A stretch of 40,856 bases of DNA, taken from an archaeon. Its GTDB lineage: Archaea; B1Sed10-29; WALL01. Below the pieces are notes generated by a model. The model was not told the origin of the DNA. It worked only from the letters and a program-made list of their open reading frames with translations, and did not search any database. Positions 1 through 7,823 of the stretch are shown here, in pieces. The number at the start of each line of letters is the position of its first letter. Position 1 is the first letter of the stretch. The stretch lies in assembly GCA_042584585.1 (NCBI GenBank), contig JBHOSQ010000009.1, positions 1 to 40,856 of the forward strand. Direction: 5' to 3'. The translations under genes and the position numbers were made by a program.

Positions 1-198
1 CGGTAAATATAGTTATAAACCTTATAGAATATAAGTTTTACACTTATTCTCTATACAAATATCCATTTTACTACTTGTTTGCTTTAAAATCGATGAGTTT
101 ATCTATATGTTCCCACCTAATATCTAGTGCCCAGTGAGTATCTGGCCAATCGAGGTCCCTGAAAGCTGAGTTCATTCCGATTTGCGGGGGTGGTTGGA

Positions 199-426
199 AT
201 GGCACCAAACGACCTTTTTTTAGCGTCCGTCCTTTTAGTGCGGAGCTGGAAGTACTGGCTTTTTGTGCTGGGCTTTGCGCTGGGGGCGTATTCCGGGGGA
301 CTCACGAAATACGCTGTAGCCTTCTCAGCAGTCGTCGGGGTCATCCAGGAGGTACTCCAGCAATACTGTGTGTTTCTCCAGGCCGGAGTCCTAACCGGCG
401 TGTTCGTGAGAATGACGCGGCTTTAG
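199..426 (+). CDS. Putative small hydrophobic membrane protein (75 aa); alternatively a structured ncRNA region
   Basis: ATG199 follows an SD-like GGGGGTG. Product is hydrophobic, codons often end in G/C, and the stop sits just before a terminator-like hairpin. No family recognised. Confidence 0.4.
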   Translation: MAPNDLFLASVLLVRSWKYWLFVLGFALGAYSGGLTKYAVAFSAVVGVIQEVLQQYCVFLQAGVLTGVFVRMTRL

Positions 427-427
427 G

Positions 428-470
428 GGGGACGGCAGTTTCCTGCTTCCTGCCGTCCTTCTTTTTATTT
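428..470 (+). terminator. Hairpin plus T-tract terminator
   Basis: Perfect 9-bp stem GGACGGCAG (430-438) / CTGCCGTCC (450-458), followed by TTCTTTTTATTT. Confidence 0.65.
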
Positions 471-492
471 CCCTCTTGTATTATACTAAGTG

Positions 493-1368
493 ATGAAAGC
501 ACTTGTTACCCTCGCGCGATTCGTATCGCCCGACGAGCAAAAAGAAATAGCGAAGCGCATCTCGGACATGGAGTACGAAGTCCAATCCGACCCATGGGCG
601 CCGCAGCGCCGGCTCATCGTGTCCGGCAAAGCATCCGGAAAACTATTCGAGGTAGAGGGCGTCTCACAAGTAATTCAAATCCACGCCGAGGAAAAAACCA
701 AGACACTCTCCGAGGCAGCGAAGCTAATCGCCGAAACAACCAAAAAACTAGGCCTTCCCTCGTTCACTATCCGCGCCAAGTTCCTGGGCGACGTCCCGTT
801 CCACGAAAAGGCGCTTCGCGAGCGCGTGAAGAAAAAAGCCAAGAACACTCCGGGCCGCACGCTTTACATCGAGGCAAAGAAAAAGGCGGACTACGTTTTG
901 ATCCGTGTTGGCCTGCCCGAACTGTTCCACACCGAAAAGTCCCTTCCGCTCGTGCTGGTTTTGGAGTCGCCGAAGACGCCGTTCGAAATCGCGGACTTTT
1001 TGCGGCTCGCAATCGTGTTCAATGTCCCGCTCCGCATTTCAATCGAGGGAGACCTCCGCACTCTGCAAGCATTGCAGGAAGCAAAATCCATAGTCAAGGG
1101 CCACGAAAAGACTAAGGTCATGACCTACAAGACAACTCTTGAGGCAATCAAGGACCGCAAAGCAGTCGCCCTCTCGTTATGGGGCGACAAGGGCGAAGAC
1201 TTCTTGAAGAAAGAAAAAGTCGACGCGCTTGTCTTCGGCAACGAAGAGCGCGGCCTTAAGCTATCAACACAAAAGGCGTGTGCCGGAGTCGTTCACCTAG
1301 GCCCCCGCTCGAGCGAGCCGATGCGCGCGTGTCAGGCAGCGGCGTACGCACTTGGAGTGATGGCTTGA
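493..1368 (+). CDS. SPOUT (SpoU/TrmH-like) RNA methyltransferase with N-terminal THUMP-like region
   Basis: LVFGNEERGL SAM-binding motif; VLVLESPKTPFEIADFLR resembles motif 1; SSEPMRACQAAA resembles motif 3. Confidence 0.7.
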   Translation: MKALVTLARFVSPDEQKEIAKRISDMEYEVQSDPWAPQRRLIVSGKASGKLFEVEGVSQVIQIHAEEKTKTLSEAAKLIAETTKKLGLPSFTIRAKFLGDVPFHEKALRERVKKKAKNTPGRTLYIEAKKKADYVLIRVGLPELFHTEKSLPLVLVLESPKTPFEIADFLRLAIVFNVPLRISIEGDLRTLQALQEAKSIVKGHEKTKVMTYKTTLEAIKDRKAVALSLWGDKGEDFLKKEKVDALVFGNEERGLKLSTQKACAGVVHLGPRSSEPMRACQAAAYALGVMA

Positions 1369-1379
1369 CACTAAAAAAG

Positions 1380-2033
1380 ATGGAATATAAAGTGAATCCG
1401 GCGATAATTAGAGAGTCCTCCGGCTCTAGAGAAATTAAGATGCACAAGTGGGATAATGTGTCCGTGGTCCATCACTTTGACATCGGCGGCGGGGAGGCGC
1501 CGGTCCAGGTCGAGGTTCCCATTCCCCCGGAAGTCGGCATCACCGTCCATCGCTTCGAGCTGGACAGCATTGCGGACGCGCACAAGCGCCTCGCCAAGCA
1601 CTTGGAGGACTTTCCGAACGTCCGCGTCGTGCAGTACAACATCCTCAAAAACTTTGGTGAGCGGCCGGTGAAGGTTTCGGTGTTCCACGAGGGGCACACG
1701 CTTCAGGACATTCTTGACTCAAAAGTCTCGTTCCCGGCCAAGCATCTCGAAAACGCCCTTGACCTTCTTGAGCAAGTCCACAACCACCTCGAGGAAACGG
1801 ACATGTTCCTCGGTGACCCCAACTTCTCGAACATTCTCCTCTCGGTCGAGAACGGCAAGACCATGGTCACATTCCTCGACCAGCCGTTCTTCGAAAAGGC
1901 CAAGGGCGCGCATGTGTCCCAGGTCACGGAAGCCGAGCAGTTCAAGGAAGGGGATTACGACCTTTACTACGGCACGCTCCTACCGGCGATTAGCTCCCTC
2001 TACGACTACTTGCAGCAGGTCAAACGCAGCTGA
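1380..2033 (+). CDS. Small protein-kinase-like (APH/Kdo/RIO/Bud32 superfamily) protein; start may be 1440
   Basis: Catalytic-loop-like FLGDPNFSNILL followed by VTFLD, the equivalent of the metal-binding Asp. Confidence 0.55.
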   Translation: MEYKVNPAIIRESSGSREIKMHKWDNVSVVHHFDIGGGEAPVQVEVPIPPEVGITVHRFELDSIADAHKRLAKHLEDFPNVRVVQYNILKNFGERPVKVSVFHEGHTLQDILDSKVSFPAKHLENALDLLEQVHNHLEETDMFLGDPNFSNILLSVENGKTMVTFLDQPFFEKAKGAHVSQVTEAEQFKEGDYDLYYGTLLPAISSLYDYLQQVKRS

Positions 2034-2094
2034 AACTCAGCTGGCACGTTAGACTAAAGCGGAGCCAACGGCTCCGCGAATAGGCATGCTATTC
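2027..2094. repeat. Multi-hairpin intergenic element, copy 1
   Basis: CAGCTGA-AAC-TCAGCTG, then GCACGTTAGACT, then GCGGAGCC-AAC-GGCTCCGC, then GAATAG-GCATG-CTATTC. Homologous to 36459-36547. Confidence 0.75.
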
Positions 2095-2505
2095 CCCAGT
2101 GAATTGTACAACCAGTTCCCGATCTCTTTTCTTGTTGTCAAACTCACAGAAAACGATTTGCTGCCACTGCCCTAGCAACAAGTCACCGTTGTCAAACGGA
2201 ATCGTTAGGCTCGGCTTCAGCATCGACGCGCGAATGTGCGACGTTCCGTTGCCGTCGCCCCACTTCTCGTCGTGGTGGTAAATCCCCCTCGGGAACAATC
2301 GGTCCATTGCCTCGCGGAAATCTGTCTGCAGCCCCGGCTCGTACTCAATCGTCGTGATGCCTCCCGTGCTGCCCGGCACGAACACAAGCGCCTGCCCGCT
2401 CTTCATCCCCGTTCCGTCCAAAACGCCTTGCACGTCCTTTGTGATGTCCAGCATTTTGGGTTCAATCGTCGGCTTCAGCTTAATCTTTTCGGTAACGACA
2501 CGCAT
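2089..2505 (-). CDS. yjbQ: YjbQ/UPF0047 family protein (secondary thiamine-phosphate synthase-like)
   Basis: Signatures FVPGSTGGITTIEYEP, HD..WGDGNGTSHIRAS and LGQWQQIVFCEFD. Confidence 0.9.
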   Translation of the reverse strand: MRVVTEKIKLKPTIEPKMLDITKDVQGVLDGTGMKSGQALVFVPGSTGGITTIEYEPGLQTDFREAMDRLFPRGIYHHDEKWGDGNGTSHIRASMLKPSLTIPFDNGDLLLGQWQQIVFCEFDNKKRDRELVVQFTGE

Positions 2506-2539
2506 GCCTTTAATAAATCGCAGCACAAATTAAAGCCTA

Positions 2540-2782
2540 ATGGAATGGGCCAGCGTCACGAAGTGCAAGGGCAAAGTAGGATACGTCCTCCAGCCCAAGA
2601 AACCGCTAAAGATTGACTTGATGAAAACCGAGTTGCCGTTCGAAGTGCTCGCGAGGACGCCCGCCCTAACCGTGATTGACGTGGACGGAACACAAGTAAA
2701 CCTGTACCCGACCGGCAGAATGCTTGTGAGGGGCGAAGGCCCGCTTCCAATAGCGGATAAGGTGATGGAATGCTTGGAATAG
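2540..2782 (+). CDS. Hypothetical protein (80 aa), overlaps thiI-like start
   Basis: ATG start after an AT-rich divergent promoter; host-like codon use; overlap suggests an operon. Confidence 0.65.
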   Translation: MEWASVTKCKGKVGYVLQPKKPLKIDLMKTELPFEVLARTPALTVIDVDGTQVNLYPTGRMLVRGEGPLPIADKVMECLE

Positions 2783-3378
2783 CTTTGGTTTCAGGGGGCA
2801 TTGACTCCCCGGTATCCGCGCACGTAATCGCCAAAAAAGGCGACACTTTACTCCCGCTTTACCTAGACAACTCCCCGTTTTCCGGCGACGACACCCGGAA
2901 CCGCGCGCTGAAGACCATCAAGCGTGTCCAAGCACTCCACAAAAACGTCCTCGACCCAGTGGTGTTGAGCCACGGTCCGGCCTTGACCGCGTTCGCCCAG
3001 AACTGCGACCGCAAGTACCAGTGCCTCTTCTGCAAAAGAATGATGGTGCGCGTCGCCTCCCGGCTCGGCGAACAAGAGGGCGCCAAGTTCATTGTCATGG
3101 GCGACTCCTTGGGCCAAGTCGCGTCGCAAACGCTTTACAACCTCGTGGTCACCGAAGACGCGTCGTCCCTTCCCATCGTCCGGCCGCTCGTGGGCATGGA
3201 CAAAATAGAGATCGAAAAAATCGCCAAGGAAATCGGCACGTTCAACATTTCCATCGAAAAAGCAATGTGCTGCAGCATCGTGCCGGACAAGCCATCCACC
3301 AAGGCAACCATCCAGGCACTCGAGGCCGAGGAAGCCAAGATAGACGTGCCCGCGCTCACAGACTCGTACTTCCAGTAA
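2770..3378 (+). CDS. thiI: ThiI-family tRNA sulfurtransferase, PP-loop domain only (no THUMP domain)
   Basis: SGGIDS PP-loop, GDSLGQVASQT, RPLVGMDKIEI, CLFC plus downstream CC. Confidence 0.85.
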   Translation: MLGIALVSGGIDSPVSAHVIAKKGDTLLPLYLDNSPFSGDDTRNRALKTIKRVQALHKNVLDPVVLSHGPALTAFAQNCDRKYQCLFCKRMMVRVASRLGEQEGAKFIVMGDSLGQVASQTLYNLVVTEDASSLPIVRPLVGMDKIEIEKIAKEIGTFNISIEKAMCCSIVPDKPSTKATIQALEAEEAKIDVPALTDSYFQ

Positions 3379-3426
3379 CGCTTTTATACTCCTATTCTGT
3401 ATCTACCGCTTAACAAGTGATGTTCC

Positions 3427-3900
3427 ATGCAAAAAGTGCAGTTGGCCCTCGTGGGCGCCGCAGCAATCGTGTTCCTCATCATTGTGATGCTTGTGGGAGC
3501 GCTGGGCGTGGTCGGCTACCTGTACCTTAAGTCCAACCCCAACGTCGGCGGCTTCAACTACACCACTTACAACGAGTCTTCCGAGGTCGACCTCAACGGC
3601 AACGCCACGGCAACGCCAACCGCAACCCCGACCCCAACCCCAACGGTATCGCCCACTGCAACTCCCTCAGCAAACGCTACTGCCACTCCGACCGCTTCCC
3701 CGACAGCCACGGCAACGCCACAGGCGAACCAGGGATGCACGTGGAACGGTGACTTTGACCACGGCGACCGCGTGTGCGCGGGCTCTGGCGCCGACCCCAC
3801 CGAGAAATACGTGTGGGAGTGCGACAACGGCAGCTGGGGCACTGTCCCAGTCCAAACATGCAATTCGGCTTCGGCTTGCAGCCAAGGCGTGTGCAGCTAA
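3427..3900 (+). CDS. Membrane-anchored surface protein with Pro/Thr stalk and Cys-rich tip
   Basis: N-terminal TM helix, ATPT repeats, 6-Cys C-terminal module, NxT sequons. Confidence 0.8.
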   Translation: MQKVQLALVGAAAIVFLIIVMLVGALGVVGYLYLKSNPNVGGFNYTTYNESSEVDLNGNATATPTATPTPTPTVSPTATPSANATATPTASPTATATPQANQGCTWNGDFDHGDRVCAGSGADPTEKYVWECDNGSWGTVPVQTCNSASACSQGVCS

Positions 3901-3959
3901 GGCAATCGACGTGAAAACGTTTTTATAGCTTGTTAGCTTTACTCTTGCCTTCGAGGTGA

Positions 3960-4754
3960 ATGAAATTGCCATTTGAAAACTTTAGTATTGACGAAGCAGA
4001 CGTAACCCGCGCGATTGTCCGGGAGTTCATGACCGAACTTGAGGCGATGGCGGAGACAGACGTGATTATCGCGGGCGCAGGCCCAGCCGGGATTGTTGCC
4101 GCCAAAAAATTGGCGGACCAAGGCATTGACACTCTTTTGGTTGAGCGCAACCTCAAGCCGGGCGGCGGCATGTACGTCGGCGGCATGCTCATGAACAAAT
4201 TGGTTGTGGAAGAGCCAGCCATTCACATTCTCAGAGAAGCGGGCGTAAAGTCGCTCAAGGAATACAAAAACGGGCTTTACGTCGCAGACGCGTATGAGGT
4301 CTCAACAAAGCTTTTGGCGAGCGCGTTTGACGCCGGAGCAAAAATGCTTAACGCCGTTGAAGTTGTTGACGTCGTGCACAAAAAGGACCGGATTAACGGT
4401 GTTGTCGTGAACTGGCACGCCGTAAGCACCCTACCAAAGTTCTTGACTTGTGTTGACCCCCTGGCTTTCAAAAGCAAGGTATTGATTGACGCGACGGGCC
4501 ACGGCGCGGAAGTCGCGAAAGTGGCTGGCGACAAGATTGGGTTTGACGTCAAGGGAAGAGAAGGCGCAATGTGGATGGAAGAGGCCGAGAAAGCAACGAT
4601 TGAAAACACGAAAGAGATTTATCCCGGGCTAATCGTTGCCGGAATGGCCGCCAACGGAGCGTTTGGCCTGCCGCGGATGGGCCCGATTTTCGGGGCAATG
4701 TTCCTGTCCGGCGTGAAGGCCGCGGAGCTCGCCGCAGCCAAGCTGAAGGGATAA
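3960..4754 (+). CDS. thi4: Thi4-family thiazole synthase (Cys-type)
   Basis: GAGPAG, GGGM..GG, CVDP, DATGH, PRMGPIFGAMFLSG. Confidence 0.93.
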   Translation: MKLPFENFSIDEADVTRAIVREFMTELEAMAETDVIIAGAGPAGIVAAKKLADQGIDTLLVERNLKPGGGMYVGGMLMNKLVVEEPAIHILREAGVKSLKEYKNGLYVADAYEVSTKLLASAFDAGAKMLNAVEVVDVVHKKDRINGVVVNWHAVSTLPKFLTCVDPLAFKSKVLIDATGHGAEVAKVAGDKIGFDVKGREGAMWMEEAEKATIENTKEIYPGLIVAGMAANGAFGLPRMGPIFGAMFLSGVKAAELAAAKLKG

Positions 4755-4773
4755 CTGCGTGCCGCCAGAAGGG

Positions 4774-4781
4774 TTTTAAAA
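4774..4781 (+). promoter_or_regulatory. TATA box for tRNA-Cys
   Basis: TTTTAAAA about 30 nt upstream of the tRNA 5' end. Confidence 0.6.
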
Positions 4782-4811
4782 CAGCTAGTGCCTAACAACA
4801 GTAATCTCTAA

Positions 4812-4882
4812 GCAGAGGTAGCAAAGCGGCCATGCACCCGCCTGCAGAGCGGGAGACGGGGGTTCAAATCCCTCCCTCTGCT
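4812..4882 (+). tRNA. tRNA-Cys (GCA), intronless, CCA not encoded
   Basis: Acceptor stem GCAGAGG/CCTCTGC; anticodon arm CCCGC-CTGCAGA-GCGGG (GCA at 4844-4846); T-loop TTCAAAT; U discriminator. Confidence 0.95.
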
Positions 4883-4905
4883 TTCTTTACTAAGCGGTGC
4901 TGCCT

Positions 4906-5856
4906 ATGGAACTAAACAAAATCTTGCTGGTTGGCTATACAGAAGAAACTCTTGAGCCAAAACAATGGGAGCGCCTCGACGGCTTGGCCAAAGGGCGCGT
5001 TTTGCTTCCGAAGGACAGCCCCGAAATACCCGCTCATTCTGCCGACACTGACTGCTTACTCGTCAAGCTCGGCGCGACAGTAGACAAAGACTTGATGGAC
5101 AGCATGCCAAACCTGAAATACATCGGCATGCTTGGCACTGGATGCGGCAGGATTGACTTGGCCCACGCCGCGTCTAACGGCATCACGGTAAGCAACCTTG
5201 TTGGCTACAGCACCGAAAGCGTCGCCGAACTGGTCTTCGCCTTAATCCTGGAACACATCCGGGAAATCGAAAAAGCAAAAGCACAGGCCAGGGAAGGAAA
5301 CTATTCGGAAGACGGCTTTGAGCCATACGAAATAAAAAACAAGGCATTCGGCGTCGTTGGCCTCGGGCGAATCGGTGCCCGGACAGCCGAGATTGCACTG
5401 AACGGCTTTGGCGCCGATGTAAGATACTGGTCCAGGACAAGAAAAGAAGAACAAGAAAAAAACGGCGTGAAGTACCAAGGCCTTGACGCCCTTTTGGGCG
5501 AAGTGGACTTTGTTTCCATTCACATGGAAGCCAACAAAGAAACAAACGGCTTCTTTGGCCCAGAACTAATCCAAAAAATCAAGCCCGGTGCAGTCGTTGT
5601 CAACACCGCGCCCATGGATTTGGTGGACACCAGTGCCCTCGCAAACCGGCTGGCCAAAGGCGACATAACCTTTATTCTTGACCACTCCGACGAGTTGTCA
5701 GAAGCAGACGCACAAGAGCTCTCGAAATACAAGAACTGCGTCATGTACCCTCCGATTGGCTACATTTCGAAGGAAGCCACGTTGGCGAAGCTGGACATGT
5801 TTGTCGACAACATCCAGAACTTCCTGGAAGGAAAGCCCACCAACGTAGTGCAGTGA
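4906..5856 (+). CDS. D-isomer-specific 2-hydroxyacid dehydrogenase family protein with atypical active site
   Basis: GLGRIG Rossmann motif and YSTESVAE. NTAP and YPP replace the canonical NTAR and TPH. Confidence 0.85.
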   Translation: MELNKILLVGYTEETLEPKQWERLDGLAKGRVLLPKDSPEIPAHSADTDCLLVKLGATVDKDLMDSMPNLKYIGMLGTGCGRIDLAHAASNGITVSNLVGYSTESVAELVFALILEHIREIEKAKAQAREGNYSEDGFEPYEIKNKAFGVVGLGRIGARTAEIALNGFGADVRYWSRTRKEEQEKNGVKYQGLDALLGEVDFVSIHMEANKETNGFFGPELIQKIKPGAVVVNTAPMDLVDTSALANRLAKGDITFILDHSDELSEADAQELSKYKNCVMYPPIGYISKEATLAKLDMFVDNIQNFLEGKPTNVVQ

Positions 5857-5858
5857 GC

Positions 5859-7823
5859 CTATTCCTTCCTCATCAAAATCTCGTCAGGGTTTGTTGTGAT
5901 CAGCCTGTGCTCTTTCTGGCTCGCGACGATGCGAATCGGGATGTGCTCGTTTTCCGCAAGCAAAATCCCCTCGCCCAGCCCCGCCGTGATGATTGCGTTG
6001 CGCTCAGCCACGTTCAATTTAAACGCGTTCACAATCGCGTCAATCACCGCAGGCTTCTGCCGCAACAAATACGTCCACGACGTGTTCGCCAGGATGGCCT
6101 CCCCGGCCTTCGAGCCAAGCAAGTCCGCCACTTCCTGCGAAATAATCACGAGCCCCAAGTTGAACTTCCTGCTCGTCTTCACAATCTTGAACACGTAACT
6201 CGACTCGCTCGCGTGCTGCAGCAGCGACCAAGCCTCGTCCACCACAAGGACCTTCCGCTCCTTGTCCTCCATCATGCTCTTGTACACGTACTCAAGCACC
6301 AAAAACATCGCAATCGGCTTCACCTGGTCCGGCATGTCCCGAATGTTGAACGTCACCAAGTCCTTCTTCAGCTTGATGGTCGTCTTCCTGTTCAAAAACG
6401 AAAACACTCCGTCCACGTAACGGTGCAACCGGTTCAACAAAATCGTGTAGTCGCGCTTGTCCTCGCCCTTCTGCTTCTTCGCAGTCTTCTCCAGGGTCTT
6501 GTACAAGTCCCCCAGAATCGGTGATTCCTTCTTCCACGTCTTGGAGTCGTTCTTGTCGATGCCCTTCGACTTGTAAGTCGCGATAACCGCCTTGGACAAA
6601 ATCCCCTTCTGGGTCTCGCTCGGGTCAAGCATAATCTGGAACAGCGTTTCCAAAGACAGCAACTTGTCGCCGTACTCCTGGCCCATCAAGTCCAGCGGGT
6701 TAATCATGGACTTGCTCTTCCGCGAAATCGTGATGATTTCGCCGTTGTACTCCCTCGTCAAGTCCAAGTACTCGCTCTGCGGGTCAATCACAATCACTTT
6801 AGACCCACGCAAAATCTGGCGGATTATGTACAGCTTAATCAAATAGCTCTTTCCCGCCCCGGACGTGGCCAGTACCAGCCCGTTCGGGTTCGTGAACGGC
6901 TTCTTGTACACGTCCATGATAATCGGAATGTTGTTGTCCTTGTTGATTCCCATCATCACACCAGTCTCCTGGATGTCCAGGAAGCTCGTGGTGAACGGGA
7001 AACAAGCGCTCAGCGCGCTCGTCGGAATGTTCCGCGTCACCTTCAATTTGTCGTTGCACAGCGGCATCATTGACTGCAATGCCTGCGCCATCCGGAAACT
7101 TGGCTTCTTCGGAATGATATTAATCGCGTTCAAGTCACTCTCTAATTTTCTGGAAAGCAACAGCAGCGAATGGTCGTCCGTGGCCTTCGCGTTCAAGTAC
7201 AATCCAATGTTGAACATCCGCTCGTTCCCGAGCATCAAGTTGTCCAGCGCGGCACGCGTGTCCTTGATTTGGTTCTCGAGCGACGGGTTAACCTTGCCGC
7301 GCAGCATGTCTGCCTGCAGGTCCGCGTTTTGCTTCTCCAGCTCGCGCTGCAGCCTAACAATCATGGACTCAATTGAAAACGGCTCGATGTACATAGCCAA
7401 GTCAAAGTTGCCCTTGCTCTTGATGACGCGGTCCAGGAACCCCGGCGGCACCTTCCTAGGCCACCCAACAGCCATCATCATTTGGTTGTAAGTGTCGTTG
7501 ACCTTGATTTTGTCGACGTCGTTCAAAATTGAGTTCGGCCGAATCAAGTAAGGCAATAAGTCGTCCGTCTCCACCACGCCTTTTTCTTTCCTGAACTTTT
7601 TCTGGACCTTCAGTGCCAGCTCGTCCAGCGCGGTCGCGTTCGTGGTCTTGGTCATGCCAGCCACTGGCTTCGGCGTGAGCCTTTGCCTGGCCACGTGCTT
7701 AGGTGTCTCCTTTGGAGCCACCTTGGGGGGCGACGCCACTGGGGGCGCGGCCGCACCCTTGCTTTTCGCAGCGGCTTTTCCTATCTTCGGAAGCGAAAGC
7801 TTCGGGATGACAATCTTACTCAT
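5859..7823 (-). CDS. virB4: VirB4/TraE-like type IV secretion ATPase
   Basis: Walker A ATSGAGKS, VIVIDPQSEY, INPLD, Walker B VVDEAW, SRKFN..L.IISQ, GEGIL. Confidence 0.9.
   Translation of the reverse strand: MSKIVIPKLSLPKIGKAAAKSKGAAAPPVASPPKVAPKETPKHVARQRLTPKPVAGMTKTTNATALDELALKVQKKFRKEKGVVETDDLLPYLIRPNSILNDVDKIKVNDTYNQMMMAVGWPRKVPPGFLDRVIKSKGNFDLAMYIEPFSIESMIVRLQRELEKQNADLQADMLRGKVNPSLENQIKDTRAALDNLMLGNERMFNIGLYLNAKATDDHSLLLLSRKLESDLNAINIIPKKPSFRMAQALQSMMPLCNDKLKVTRNIPTSALSACFPFTTSFLDIQETGVMMGINKDNNIPIIMDVYKKPFTNPNGLVLATSGAGKSYLIKLYIIRQILRGSKVIVIDPQSEYLDLTREYNGEIITISRKSKSMINPLDLMGQEYGDKLLSLETLFQIMLDPSETQKGILSKAVIATYKSKGIDKNDSKTWKKESPILGDLYKTLEKTAKKQKGEDKRDYTILLNRLHRYVDGVFSFLNRKTTIKLKKDLVTFNIRDMPDQVKPIAMFLVLEYVYKSMMEDKERKVLVVDEAWSLLQHASESSYVFKIVKTSRKFNLGLVIISQEVADLLGSKAGEAILANTSWTYLLRQKPAVIDAIVNAFKLNVAERNAIITAGLGEGILLAENEHIPIRIVASQKEHRLITTNPDEILMRKE

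Noticed and set aside
1-125. Definite replication origin
   Set aside because: AT-rich, but no convincing ORB consensus or adjacent orc1/cdc6 is visible; kept only as an alternative in the findings.
125-430. RNase P RNA, SRP RNA or Cas12f tracrRNA
   Set aside because: The conserved RNase P GAGGAAAGUCC and SRP helix-8 motifs were not found; no cas gene or array nearby.
2048-2054. GTTAGAC / GTTAGGC (36480-36486) as integron attC core sites
   Set aside because: They fit GTTRRRY, but no complementary RYYYAAC lies at a suitable distance upstream and no integron integrase is present.
3600-3722. Pro/Thr repeats (also about 25915-25980) as DNA repeat elements
   Set aside because: Degenerate codons show they are protein-level linker repeats.
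5853-7491. Long plus-strand ORFs opposite virB4, and similar antisense ORFs over iscS, sufS and thermosome
   Set aside because: Shadow ORFs of GC3-rich genes with no recognisable motifs.
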